A stretch of DNA of 56,250 nucleotides, the filler included, from Syncephalis fuscata S228 (taxonomy: Eukaryota > Fungi > Zoopagomycota), in NCBI GenBank assembly GCA_025786725.1. It is 3 parts of 3 records of this genome, joined end to end, with 100 filler letters (N's around TTAATTAATTAA, not from the genome) between each part and the next. Parts side by side here need not be neighbours in the genome. Positions count along the whole stretch, not along the records: positions 12,369 to 43,379 come from JAHLTZ010000087.1; 2 more parts are not named here. One strand, written 5' to 3'. The position numbers and the translations under genes are program-made. Numbering within the stretch: the first letter of the stretch is position 1; each line of letters opens with the position of its first letter. The notes under the pieces were generated by a model, which saw only the letters and a program-made list of their open reading frames with translations, made no database searches and had not been told where the DNA came from. Shown here piece by piece: positions 25,088 to 38,493 of this stretch.

Positions 25088-27500
25088 GTTGTTGTTATTA
25101 TTATTAGCTACTAGATCATTATATAGTTATTCATTGATGTAACAAACCATATATCAGCCTTGGGTGTATAGTGTTGTTTCTTTACTACTTCCGGTGCCAT
25201 CCTATGTATAAATGACATGTAGAATTATCATTTTGATGATTAATTATTTCATAACTACATCTATCATATTACTTACCAGAAAACTGAGCCTTGCAATGAA
25301 GCACGATGAGTAGCGTTGGTGTTCATCATTTCACCTATGGTTATTAGTATTAGCATTATTAAAACAAAAAATATAGTAAGTAACATAAATCAATCTATTT
25401 CAACCATAAACTTACTTTCATCTCGTTTAGAAACACCAAAATCGGATATTTTAATCACACCACGATTATCAACTAGAATATTACCGCCCTTAATATCTCT
25501 ATGAATGATGCCTTGCCCATGTAAATAGTCAAGTCCCAATAGAATTTGTCGTAGATATGATTTAACCAATGGTTCTTGGAATGGACCATAGTTTATAAGC
25601 ATTGAAGCAACCGAGCCACCTGGTACATATTCAAGGAAAATGTTCAAATGCTGTTCATCTCGATGCGATCCTAAATAAATAATACATTGATAAATCAATA
25701 ATATATTAATTAATTGTCGTATCATTTACCTAGATAGCGCACAATGTTTTCATGATCAAGATCCTTAAGTAAATCAATTTCTCGCTGTAATGCCTTCAAC
25801 TAATGATTGATTTCATTAATTTCTATATATTATTGCAGTTATTCGTATTAGTAACTTGCCATCATTTCTCGTCGTTCATCTGATCCAGAACTATTTGGTA
25901 ATTCCACTTGTTTTGCTGCCAATAGTTCACCAGTTAATGGATTCAATCCCAAATAGACATGACCGAATGATCCTGTGCCAATCATTGAACCTTTAATCCA
26001 TTGTGTAATGCCTTCTTCCTCTATTAATATTGTCATTATTATTATCAATATTAGTTACTAATTAATATATATATATATATATGTGTGTGTGTGTATGTAT
26101 AAGCTAATGACTTACTCTTTTGTTCTTCAATGGCCATCACTTCTTGATTCATAAGCATTTCAGTAAATGTTTCCATCTCTTCTTCGTCTAGCTTCTCATC
26201 GACCATATCTTTAATATCCTCACGCGTTAAGCGTTTATCGGCCACAGTAGCCTCAGGCACGGGAATAAGTGCTGGCTTTGCCGTAGGTACAAGTGTGGCC
26301 GCATCAAGTTCGGGTGACATGGGCAATGGTTCATTTGGCATAATGTTGGGTGGTCCAACTTTGGCCGCTCGTAACATAGTGACCCGTTTCGCCTTACGAT
26401 AAATAGTATGCCGAATACGATTCTCGGTGACTGTTTCGAGCAATTCTTGCTGTTGATCAGGAAAGAATTCCGATAGATTATTTGAAATCATTTCAGATGC
26501 AGGTCGTTCACCAAAGAATGAACTTGTACGGCTTGGTGAAACGGCCGGTTCAGGCGCCAACTGTTTTTGTGGTGCAGGCTTTCGTTTACCACCATCTTGC
26601 ATACCACGTTGTCGCGAATGTTTCACGCGTAATACCAAACGATTCTTCTCTGGCCGATCAGTACTTCGACAAATATCCATTAATTCGTTATCGTGCAACA
26701 TACGTGCCACTTGTATAAAAGTCAATTATTTAATTATTATACATTGACCGCACCTACCATTACTCTCGCCTGTAGGAACAAATAGACGATATTTGGTTGT
26801 ATCATCAAGATCAGGGTCAATATGGAATTTATGCAATACTTTTGTAAGAACTGCTTGTGCACCCATGGCATCGGTAACATTAACAACACACGTCTGATTA
26901 CCCGGACCTGTCACACGAATTAAATTCTACATATTATAAATATTGGCTTGTAAGTATAATTACTAAAATGCCACTTACTTGCTTCAAACGATCTGCTCCC
27001 CCTTTATCATTTCCAAACACCATATCATCATGGTTGTTTGATGAATAGATAAGCGTATCACCGGCCATTTCATCCTATACAAATTATTCATATTTATAAA
27101 TAATCTATTATTAGACTGCTTTCATTTACTATATAAATATATATCTATATCTATAATATAGACTACTTACTTGTAATGCACGGCGTGTAGCATTGACACA
27201 CGCTTGACGTAACTTCTTCAAAGCTACCATAATCTTTACGCGTTCACCTACAGTTGGCACGTCTAGTTCTTTCAACAGCGTGTTATCCAACTCTACTAGC
27301 ACCTGGCCATTAACGTCATTCTCTATTATTAGATGTACAGTTAATTAGTACTCATTAGTAGAGATGTTACCTACGCGACTATGTGACCGCTGTTCCCTCA
27401 ACTTACCGAGAAATGTATCAGCATAATGGCCGAACTGGTTCTCGGTTAACCAGGCCACCACCTGCTGTTCAGACCAATTGCGAATATCGTAGTTAAGCAT
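24653..27500 (-). CDS. STE11: Ste11-family MAP kinase kinase kinase (SAM + Ras-association + kinase; multi-exon)
   Basis: SAM ([19 protein letters not shown]), RA domain, [53 protein letters not shown]. Confidence 0.95.
25028..25086. repeat. (GAT)n microsatellite, about 19 units, in a STE11 intron
   Basis: Direct reading. Confidence 0.95.
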
Positions 27501-27865
27501 CCGTTCAAGTTCAAATTATTATTCAATAAAACAATCTGTCAGTTGGATAGTCGAGTCAGTCGAGTCTTTGACAAGTATCAATAATCCAAAGTATAAGTCA
27601 ATAGATTGGAATGACCAATGGCAATATAATGGGTGGGTGGTTAATGTGATAGCAACTAATGAAGATAACTGGGAAATCCTATTGACCAAATTGGCAAATA
27701 TAAAGCGTGAATGGGTGAATGAGTGAGGAGAAGTAATAAAACGGAGTCTTAATATTAATTTCTCACTTATTGTACTATACGTTTAAATACTTTAATTTGA
27801 TAACCATTATTTACTTATTATTAATAAAAATAATAATAGGTGGATATATTTTTGTATTTATTTGT

Positions 27866-30804
27866 TTACATATCGCCTGCCCATTCCATACGGCCATGTT
27901 CATCAAATCGGCATAATAGCCAGTGGATTAGTAGGGGTACGCTTTCACTGGCTCTTATTACTTGAGTCATTTTCTGTTCGTGACAGATAGCATCAAGCAT
28001 GGCCGCTTGTTCGTCGTTCATACTGGTATGCATATCACCGATGGCGGTTGGTGCAGCCGTGCTGAAATCGGCTAGACGCTTGACGGCGGGCAGGGCATTC
28101 TCGGCCGATACGCTTACCTCGAGACATATATAATCAGCCATATTAGGCGGAAGGAATGAAAGAAGGAACGCATGCGGTGGATGATGTACGGCTACTTCAA
28201 CTCTAATCGATTCTAATAACCAGTATTAATATATATATATATATATGTATATGTATATATGATATACCATTAAGGTGATCATTACTAATAACTTACCATT
28301 GATCCATAGTGGATGTTCTATTGGTATTTCATCATCTAATTCACTTTCTTTAGCCGTAAATGGTCTACGGGTGACTGGATCAAGTACATGCGCCATTTCA
28401 GCTGAAAAACAACTTTTAAATAATGCATTAAATACAAGTTGTTGTCTTATTAACTAATAACGTATTAATATGATGAATAGTAACATATTATAACTTACCC
28501 GTTCTATTTTAGCCCATTGATATAGATGCGATACAGGTATACGCTGTAACCAAATACCAACGGTAGGAGGGCTTGATACAAGTGCATATTCATGCACTAT
28601 ACTTGATGCAGGTAATTTCTAATCATGTATTAGATCATTTCTTATTATAAAAACGACTACTTACTGTGCGGAAAGCCATTTGATCTGTAAAATATAACGG
28701 CTGTTGTTTTGACAATGGCTCATTTGTACTTTCACGCACCTGAAATAGATGTTATCAATCTATCAATAGTCTAATTTAAGCTTTCGACTTACTAATGCTT
28801 CATAGAATGAAAGTGAACTATCCAATGTATCTAACTGTGGCATTGTATTCTCCAAATCTATTACTTGTTAATTAACTAAACTACCACCTTAATACTACTA
28901 CTTACTTGTGTTCAATCCAATAACTCGAGTAAGTTCTGCTGCCATTGTTGATGTAAGAACAACGCCCGGTGACAACCACGCCGTACACTGAATAGAAGCT
29001 GGTGTCTTAGGCACAATAAACTTTAATGGTGCATTTAATAATGCTGCCGAATCTTCACTGACATACTGTGTTTCTCTATGTATGGATTAGTAGATTAATA
29101 ATGATTCAGTGTAATTATAGCTATTACTTACTCGGTGTCAGTATTTATTGTATTAAGGTCAGTATTAGATGCTTCTTCAGTAGGTAGTGCCAAATAAGTT
29201 GTTTGTTTCTTTGATAAAAAGTTATGAGAGGTCGAGGATAATTCGAGTTGTAAGTGGAAATAATGAAATGATTTTAATGAATCAATATCCGTGTCAATGT
29301 TATCATCTATCAATTAACCAATTAATATTATTATATTATACTATGCATTAACTACTTACCTTCTGATACAGTAAGACACCGACTAACACGTTCCCAATCA
29401 GTGCCAACAAGTAGTGCACGAGGTGCCCAATATGCCACTGCCGGGCCTGGATGTACTCGATCACTTAAAGGTAAGCCGTGACCATAAAGAAGAACCGTTG
29501 ATATATCACCTGAACAAATAGACCTGTAATTTATAGGTTAGCCATTAATATACTTGTACTTGTATTGATATTATAGCTACATTTCTCGTTGAAATATGGT
29601 TGACATATCTTGTCGTATTACACGCATGCAATGAAAGAAATCAACTTGATCGTTCGATTTAGTGTAGCGATCAACTGCTGCTAACCAGGCTATTTGTTCT
29701 TCGAATGAGGCCAAATCACCGGATCTATATTGCACGTTATAAATTATTACAGCATAATTGTGCTATTATTCTTACTTTAAAGTACGTGTTAATAACTGGC
29801 CCAACTAATAAATACCATTGAATTATAGTTACAAAATATCTATTTAATAGTTATTTATTTACCACTTACCAGTGAACAGTCAATAGTCGTAGCTGATGCT
29901 GGCAGATCTTCTGGTAGTGCGTAGGTCACTTTTGCTTCCATTTGATCAATACCTTTCAATTCCACCTAGATTCATTAATTAGTTGGTATAGTTTATAAAT
30001 AGTCTACTAGCTAATACTTGCATCAATAACTACTACAGCACCGGCTAACATGACAGTTGTATGTGGTTGTCCTTGTGTTGATTCGTCACAATAAGACTCT
30101 AGCCTATATATATATATATATATATATATGTTTATATGAATATCATTCCATTACATTTAGATTAACATACTCACCCGTGTTGTTTTGCAATAGATTCAAG
30201 TTGCGCCACCATTCGTTTACGTCGAGATGCATCATCTTGACACGCGTCAGTAATCTTTTTCTGGCAATGCTGTGTAATATCGCGTAGTCGACGTACATCT
30301 GCGTAAAGTGTTGCTTCTTCCTATATCACACACATATAATATATACTAGTTAGTTTATTATTATAGCCAATAATTCTTATAAACTTGCTTTTAATAAAGA
30401 TGAAAAGGTGCGTAGTGATACACAGCCTGTTTGACCAGCGGCCACTGCTTGTGGCAATGTAATATCGCGATAACCAATGAGTACGTCGCGTGCTTCGTCT
30501 AGACAACGCTTTAACGTTGTTGACAACGTGTCAAGACTGACAGGTCCCAATGGATGAATAGCTATTGCCACGATATAAATACTTATTAAATAAAGCATTA
30601 ATAGCCATTGTGCTGCTTACCATTGGCGTAGAGATGGCGACGACGAGGACGCGTGCTGTCTTCGACACATTGAGCAATATCTGCTAGTAAAGGTGTGGCT
30701 ACTAGTGTCGTTGATGTCTCATCCATACCCCAAAGACTGGCTGCTTTGGCAAGCAAGCCTTCAGCCTCTTCAAGTATCGTATCAAGTGTCCGTACCTGAG
30801 CCAT
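27866..30804 (-). CDS. MED1: Mediator subunit Med1 (multi-exon)
   Basis: LESIAKQHGLESY..TVMLAGAVVVIDVEL, YGHGLP..GPAVAYW, NALFKSCF resemble the fungal Med1 N-terminal domain; many short introns. Confidence 0.72.
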
Positions 30805-31144
30805 TATAGATACTAGCGATATTAAATGAATGTAACGAATAGTCAGCTAACTATACTACTATGTGAAGTGTAGTAGCAATAACTTTTAATTATTTATTTA
30901 TTTACTAATCAAAACTAGAATGAGTCTAAAACTGACAATATTATTTAATAGTTTGTAGACACTATTGTAAATACATTTACATATTTGATTATAATAACAG
31001 TAATAAAATAAAACAACAATAACAATAGGAATAGCACACAGTTTACACAGTTGAATACAAAGATCAATTTCATTCAATGAAACGACGGTACGCATGTTGT
31101 CGTCATACTATCTGCACTCTTGCGACAAGATACAAAAGAAAGGC

Positions 31145-32766
31145 TTATTTGAAGACCTTGGCATCGGCAAATTCCTTGCCAGCGAATTTACCCTCCCAGG
31201 CAAATACATCGGCCAATTCTTCGCGGAACTTCTCATCAGCCAAGTTCTCAACCTTGGTGAAGGTGTAGGACTCAAAATCGGCAGCGTCGGTAACTTCCTC
31301 TGGGATTTCCTGGCCACGGATGACAAAGAAACCTTCGATCTCGTTGGCGTTATCTTGACCCAAAACGCATAGAGAACCGAAAGCGTACTTGCGAGCACGT
31401 TCCAAACGGGCAAAGAAGCCACCGATCAAGTTGGAGGACATGAAGACCTTGGTCAACTCGTCGTTGTACTTGTAGACAACACGCCAGATGCTGTAGCCCT
31501 CAGCATCAAAGTGCTCCCAGAACCAGTTCATGGCAGTTGGCTTGGTGTCGTTGTTAGAGTAGACACGCTTCCACTCTTCCAAGTTAAGGGAAGTGGGTGG
31601 CAATAGCTCCAACTTGGACTTTGGCTTCTTGGCTGGCTCTTCGGCTTCGGCGGCGGCTGGAGCAGCAGCTGGCTTAGGGGCCTCCTCCTTCTTGGGTGGA
31701 GTGTACTTGGTCTCGACGTCACAGAAAACAACTTCGCCCAAAGCAGCCTTGAATTCTGGCTGAGCATACAAGGTGCTAACATAACGGTTCAAGTTCTTGT
31801 AGGCGACACGGTGTTCTGGAGCCAACACCATCTTGTAGGCAATGAACAAGGTGCAGGCAACAACAATATCGGCCAGCGTGATGTGTTCACCAACAAGGAA
31901 GGTCTTCTTAAGAAGGACCTTGTCCAAAATAGCCATAGCGCTCTTGGTATCCTGGACAGCCTTGTTGTGGGTAGCCTTGTTGAATGGAAGGAAGCCTAGG
32001 ATTGGGTAGACCCAGTTGCCAATGGATTGGTCAAAGTTGTTGGAGGTGAAGAACAACCACTGGACAACTTGAGCGGTCTCTTCGGCATTGGCGCCCAAAA
32101 GTCTGCCGTTACCTTGGCTGGCAACTAATCAAAGTAATCAACACATTAGTATATGTCGCTATTAAAATAACACAGTAAATGTTATTAAATAGAGCACCAT
32201 CAAATACATATTTTCAGATCGAATAAAAGTCCACACGGATAGTTACCTCTCGGACAGGGATAACTGATTAAAATAGGTTCTCATCATGTATATATTTGAT
32301 GATGCTCTTTAAAATGACCCCTCCCTCTATTGTTTCTAACTACTCACCATAGTAGGCAATGGCGTTGCTTTCGAAGAGGTTCACCTTGTCGTTCTCAAAG
32401 GCTGGGACTTGACCGGTAGGGAACTTGGCAAGGAAGTCTGGGGTCTTGTTGGTCTTGCCAAACTCAAATTCAGGCTGAGCGATCTCAACGCCATTGTACT
32501 GGGCAGCAATGAGTGCCTTGGCGACCCGTGGGTTTTGTGGGTACGAGTGGACGGTCTAATAGCATAGAACATAAAGGTAAAAGGTTAGTATGGCTGTAGA
32601 CGTATGTATATATGAATCTATCTATCTATCCATCTATCCATCCATCTATACATATATACATATACATATATCTGTTCATACATTCATTCATCCATCTGTT
32701 CATCAAGCTATTGCTCGACATATACTAGTATTCATCCATGCAATAGACACTTACGCCGAAAGTCAT
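31145..32766 (-). CDS. TEF4: Translation elongation factor eEF1B-gamma (exons 32766-32755, 32555-32348, 32124-31145)
   Basis: GST-like N-domain ([16 protein letters not shown]); EF1G domain ([23 protein letters not shown]); strongly biased codons. Confidence 0.97.
32210..32291 (-). ncRNA. snR38: Box C/D snoRNA snR38 homologue in eEF1B-gamma intron 2
   Basis: Box C ATGATGA (32287-32281), D' CCGA, box D CTGA (32217-32214). Guide CAGTTATCCCTGT is complementary to 25S ACAGGGAUAACUG. A long external stem flanks it. Yeast snR38 is also in the TEF4 intron. Confidence 0.92.
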
Positions 32767-33058
32767 GTTGGAGTGTTCTGGCAAGATGGGAAATACAACA
32801 AAGAGAACAACGATGCCAGATGGGAGTGGGGGAGTATGACGATTATATCACCACTCAAAATCTTACATTTCACATCATCTACCCATGATAATTTTTACAC
32901 CTATTTATAACACCATATTAAACGCAATCCATAAATTACAAATTGTGCATAAACAACTGAATAAATATTGCCATAATACTAGCCCCATTTAACAGTTAAA
33001 TATATCAAATGTTACTACTATGCTGTTGTAATTCTGGCTTTAAAGGGTGTTGCCTATA

Positions 33059-33240
33059 TGACCAAGCAACACTTTATCCTGACACTATCCTATGTTGTTA
33101 ACCTTTAACGTTTACTAAACTTATTTAGCGCTCAAAATACAATGTATTGGTTGGTTAATATTGCCTTTGATGTTATTCTTATACCTTATTGGCATTAACT
33201 ATCATATTTTCAACTATATTGATATAAACAAATTTTATGA
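33059..33240 (+). repeat. Dispersed AT-rich repeat, with diverged copies at about 35107-35480 and 48126-48500
   Basis: Shared CAA(G/C)CAACA..TTATC(C/T)T start and TTGGTT(G/T)GTTA(A/G)TAT block in all three. Confidence 0.6.
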
Positions 33241-33446
33241 AACTAAAACATTAGCTTTTTATGGTAGTGATTTAAGGTATTATTTTATAGAGTATGGCTA
33301 ATGATAGAAATCGGACACTTTTATTATTTGTTTTTAAACTAAATTATTGGTTTATTTAAACAAGCATATGCTTGCAATTAACAAGTCAATATATTAATAC
33401 GATATGAATATGTGTCGGCTATTTAAATATTTATTTTAAAAGCGTT

Positions 33447-34541
33447 CTATTTATTTAATAAATCAGGCTTGATTATTGTTAGCCATAACAATGTGTCTCG
33501 GGACGTGTCGTGGTAATTTGGTAAAGCATTGATTTTATATAAAGCCTCATATTTTTTCATTACTTTCTCCTTCAATTTTTTTAGCCTTCCATTTTCGCTT
33601 ACTTCATTGCCAGTTTTATGCTCGTCCATAAACACGTGAAGTTCAAAAATATTTGTTTCAACGATTTGTTTCATACGGTTGGTCATAATAACATCTGTAG
33701 GATCTTCAAAAGTTGAACCTTCAATATATGAACCAAAGAATTTTTTAAACACAACGTGCTTCATATCATTGATACATAATACTAATAAAAATGAGTATAT
33801 ACTTAATAATCAATTTGTTTAACTCACCTGGAATGCCAAGATACAGCAGGTTAATCTTTCTCAAGTCACGTACACCTAATTAAAATCAAGTTAGCGTTTA
33901 GTTGTTATATTGCACACGCTTACCATCAGCAACTTGTTTTAGCACATTTTGCACTATTAGTATACGCTTACTGGCTTTCTCATTTTTTAAATAATGAGCA
34001 AAACTGTTAAACTGCATATCGCAACGAGTTAAAGTAACGTAACAGCTGTGGCGAGCAACAGAAATATAATCCACTAATCCAATAGTATACTTGCTGTCCT
34101 TTGTCCTTTGGCTATTCAATACACTAGATCTATCGATAATATGCTAATATTATCATTAATAGTCGATTTATACATCCATGTCATACAAAATACCTTATAT
34201 ATTTTAATATCGTTAGGCCAATCATCTCTATCGTTGTTGGCGCATGTAATCATAACCTCTTGTTTTTTCCATGTTCCTTTAGCATACTGAATTCCTTCCT
34301 GGGAGTTCGATAGTTCTATATTTTTGATACCATGTTCCCTGAATAGCTTGTTGCCATATATTGGGTGGTTAATATCTTAATAATATTCAAGTGAAATTAG
34401 TACAGTACATTTCTACATATTATAGTCAAACTTACCAGGTTTTTTACTAAAAAGGCCAGGTGCAGCTATAGCGGTATGTGCTATTGACAAAAACGCCATT
34501 GCAGCAATAACTGAAATAACGGTAGATTTTAAACCAAGCAT
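33447..34541 (-). CDS. Secreted protein with degenerate kinase-like pattern, copy 1 (5 exons, about 300 aa)
   Basis: Signal peptide MLGLKSTVISVIAAMAFLSIAHTAIA; four GT-AG introns join into one open frame. Confidence 0.75.
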
Positions 34542-35815
34542 TGTTTCTAAACTTTCTGAGCTGGTTATTCAAAATGAAAAATTGTAATGGCGAGTAAAGC
34601 GGATTTTCTAGATAGTAAGTAAAAAGTAAACCAGTAAAGCAATCAGCAAAGCATATTTATTTATATATGATGGTACCATACAACTTCCACATGGCTTTTA
34701 CGCGATATATTCTTCTGACATTGTTTCAAAATTTTTTGTTCGAATAAGTGGCTAGAAAGATAAAACTAAATCGATGAACTAAATCGTGCTTTTTATTTTC
34801 TAAATTTGTAAAGGGGTAGATTAGTGTTATTGAATATGGAAGTTGAAACTCGATAGCGCGTGTTGTTTTATTGATTAAGATGTGGCTTCCATGTGATCTA
34901 TTCTCCCATCATTGTTTCAATTTTTTTGTTCAAACAAATGATCAAAAAATGCACCTAAACTGATAAATAAATGTAACCTTTTATCTTCTAAGTTTCAAAT
35001 AATTAAATTAGTATTACTGAACATAAATTTTTTATAACTTGAACACAGAATTTATAATTTGATAATGTATTGTTATGTTTCTAATTTTAGAAATCGCAAC
35101 TTGGATGATCAAGCAACATCTTATCTTAGCGTTATTGTACAATACTAACTTGCAATGCTTATTGACACTTAAATTGACGCTCAGAATACAATGCGTTGGT
35201 TTGTTAATATCACTTTTAATAATAAACTTTTTTATTGATCATTAGTTATCACAGCTCAACTATAATAAGCTAAATAACTTTACAGTATTAGTAAGATTGC
35301 CATTATATAGTAAGCATAATTAATAATAGAGCTTGAATAATTTGTGCTAATTCATTATTGATGCAATGTATCGGTTCATGTGACTACTTATATGCTCGCA
35401 ATTAACAAGCATTTACTAATTATGTTTTTGTAATAGTTGTTTATTTGTTAGCAATTAGTGCTTATACCCGACATATGTGTTAATTTTGCTATCTATTACA
35501 TGCGACTTTAGCTAAGCATTCAATCACATTGTGTATTTATTAATTACACTATCATAGCAAATGACTATTATATTAAAGTTGTAACAATGCTTAGTGTATA
35601 ATTAAGTATAAAAATTATGAAAAATATTTAGAATAGCATTATTTGGTTATTGATAATCATAATCATAATAATATTACTATGCAAATTGGCAAATTAATAT
35701 ACCAGGTTTAATTAATAAGATAGTTTATATCTAATTTAGTTTTTATTGGATCAATATGCTATAAATATGTTAATTATTCAAATATTTATTTTTAAAAAAT
35801 AATTGTACTGATTGG

Positions 35816-36896
35816 TTATAAAGCTTGATCGTTGCCAGTCATAAGCAATTTATTTCGGGGCGCGTAATGATAATTTGGTAAAATTTTGGTTTTATATAAA
35901 TCATAATATGTCTTCATTACTTTCTCCTTCAAATTTCTTAGTCGCATATTCTCCATTACTTCATCGTTGGTTGTACGCTTATGCATAAACAAGTGAAGTT
36001 CAAAAACATTTAATTCAATAATCTGTTTCATACGATCGGTCATAATAATATCTTCAGGATCCTCAGGATTTGAACCTTCAATGTAGGAGCCGAAGAATTG
36101 CTTAAACACAGCATGTTTTTTATCATTGATACATATTGCTAATAGAAATAAATATAAACCTAATAATCTATTTGTTTAACTTACATGGAATGTTAAGATA
36201 CAGCAGGTTAATTTTTCTCAAGTCACGTACACCTAATTAAATCAAATTAGCGTTTAGTTGTTATATTGCACACACTTACCATCAGTAACTTGTTTTAACA
36301 CTTTTTGTACCATTGATATAGAATTACCAAATTTCTTATTTTTTAAATAAAAAATAAAATTGCTAAACTGCATATCGCAACGAGTTAAAGTAACGTAACA
36401 GCTGTGGCGAGCAACAGAAATATAATCCACTAATCCAATAGTATACTTGCTGTCCTTTGTCCTTTGGCTATTCAATACACTAGATCTATCGATAATATGC
36501 TAATATTATCATTAATAGTCGATTTATACATCCATGTCATACAAAATACCTTATATATTTTAATATCATCAGTCCAATCATCTCTATCGTTGTTGGCGCA
36601 TGTAATCATGACCTCTTGTTTTTTCCATGTTCCTTTAGCATACTGAATTCCTTCCTGGGAGTTCGATAATTCTATATTTTCGATACCATGTTCCCTGAAT
36701 AGCTTGTTGCCATATATTGGGTGGTTAATATCTTAATAATATTCAAGTGAGATTAGTACAGTACATTTCTACATATTATAGTCAAACTTACCAGGTTTTT
36801 TACTAAAAAGGCCAGGTGCAGCTATAGCGGTATGTGCTATTGACAAAACACCATTGCACCAATAACTGAAATAACGGTAGATTTTAAACCAAGCAT
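35816..36896 (-). CDS. Tandem paralogue, copy 2 (1-nt deletion in signal peptide near 36846: pseudogene or sequencing error)
   Basis: Same exon structure 2355 bp away; A4 versus A5 run in exon 1. Confidence 0.7.
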
Positions 36897-37407
36897 TGTT
36901 TCTAAACTTTCTGAGCTGGTTATTCAAAATGAAAAATTGTAATGGCGAGTAAAGCGGATTTTCTAGATAGTAAGTAAAAAGTAAACTAGTAAAGCAATCA
37001 GCAAAGCATATTTATTTATATATGATGGTACCATACAACTTCCACATGGCTTTTACGCAATATATTCTTTTAACATCGCTTTAATCTTTTTTTGTTTAAA
37101 TAAAAGACTAAAAAGGTGCAACTAAATTGATAGACTAAATTGAGTTTTATTTTCTGAATTTGTAAATGGATAAGTTGAGATTACTGGATATAGAATTGGT
37201 AATTTGGTGGTTCATGTTGTTATTTTATTGGTTAAATCATAATTATTTTTTAAATCGTTGATTGATTATTACGTCTGCTTTGAGTTTTATACGATAAAAT
37301 AAATATATTATTGAATAAACTATCTATTAGCAATGAGCAATAATCGCAGTTAAAGTTGATTTATTAATAATTCAGACATATTGATCTGCACACATTTACA
37401 GATTCGA

Positions 37408-38393
37408 TCAAAGCTTAAGCGCAGCCTCAATATCTAGTAATTGTTAAATTCGATAGCTATTCAATAGTATGTCGCTTACCTGTTTCTTGACCATTAGCAC
37501 TATTAGACAACGTGGGCAGTGTGGGCAACGTATCAGTAAATTCGGGCATCGGCTCTTCGAGTGTCGTATTCGATTGTAAATACGAAGGAGTTGCATCCTC
37601 TTCCAAAAGAAGTTCATCACCCAATGCATCCAATTCTAAATAGTCAATAGCAACCAATAATTAATACCTATCATATTGACAATTATTCATCGTAATCTAT
37701 TTACCAGCTTCCAAATCAGCCTCATCCAACTCTGCTGGTACATCATAGCTACGCGCCATAATTTCTTGAACTTCATTTGCTGACTCTAATAAATCTTGCA
37801 TATCATCTTGCATTTGCTATTTACATTATATTAAATCAATACTATTGTTAAAGTGTATCATCATCTTACCTCAATCTTATCAATGCTTAAGCCTTTGTAT
37901 TGCTTCTTCAAAGCAGTATTGGCATGCTGCATAGCCTCTACTGACATGGCAGTATGCCGTAGATTATCAGTGGCTAGTTGTGTTTGCTCCATACTAAATA
38001 TCTGGTCCTGTAGCTGGTCTCGCTGTTGCTCATACCTAGTGCTAGTTATAATTGCTGTTGTCTAGTCCATCTAAAACTTACTGTCGTTTCTGCTGTAGAA
38101 TGCGTAGAGCTCGTTGCTTTACCGCATTCTATATGTATTTACATTAGGAAGCTGTTCCGACGTCTACGCAGCTTACCTTTGAAGGGCCTTCTCTTAAGCG
38201 GCCCAATTGCTCTTTGTAACGAGCCAATTCAACGTCAAGCTTCTTAATCTTTACTTCAATGCCTTCTACTCGGCCATCTGCCTAGATAGAAACCATTAAA
38301 CACCGTAGCCTACCGCCAGCAACCTACCGATTGAATGGCACCATCGAGTGTTGGTGCGGCCACCTTTTTATTGGTGCCAAAAAAGCGATGCAT
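37408..38393 (-). CDS. VPS60: ESCRT-III Snf7-family protein Vps60/CHMP5 (multi-exon)
   Basis: MHRFFG..APTLDGAI, GPSK-AVKQRALRILQQKRQYE, ARSYDVP..DEADLEAELDALGDE. Confidence 0.93.
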
Positions 38394-38493
38394 AGTGGCT
38401 GTGTACAGAAGATAACTGATGAAAATAGAGTGTAGATTTGTATTATATCCGTATCGTCCTTTCTTTTTATTTGCAGTTATTACAACCACGACA

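Noticed and set aside
31145-32098. High GC3 of eEF1B-gamma and PCK1 as horizontal transfer
   Set aside because: Both have host-type introns; bias is expected for highly expressed genes.
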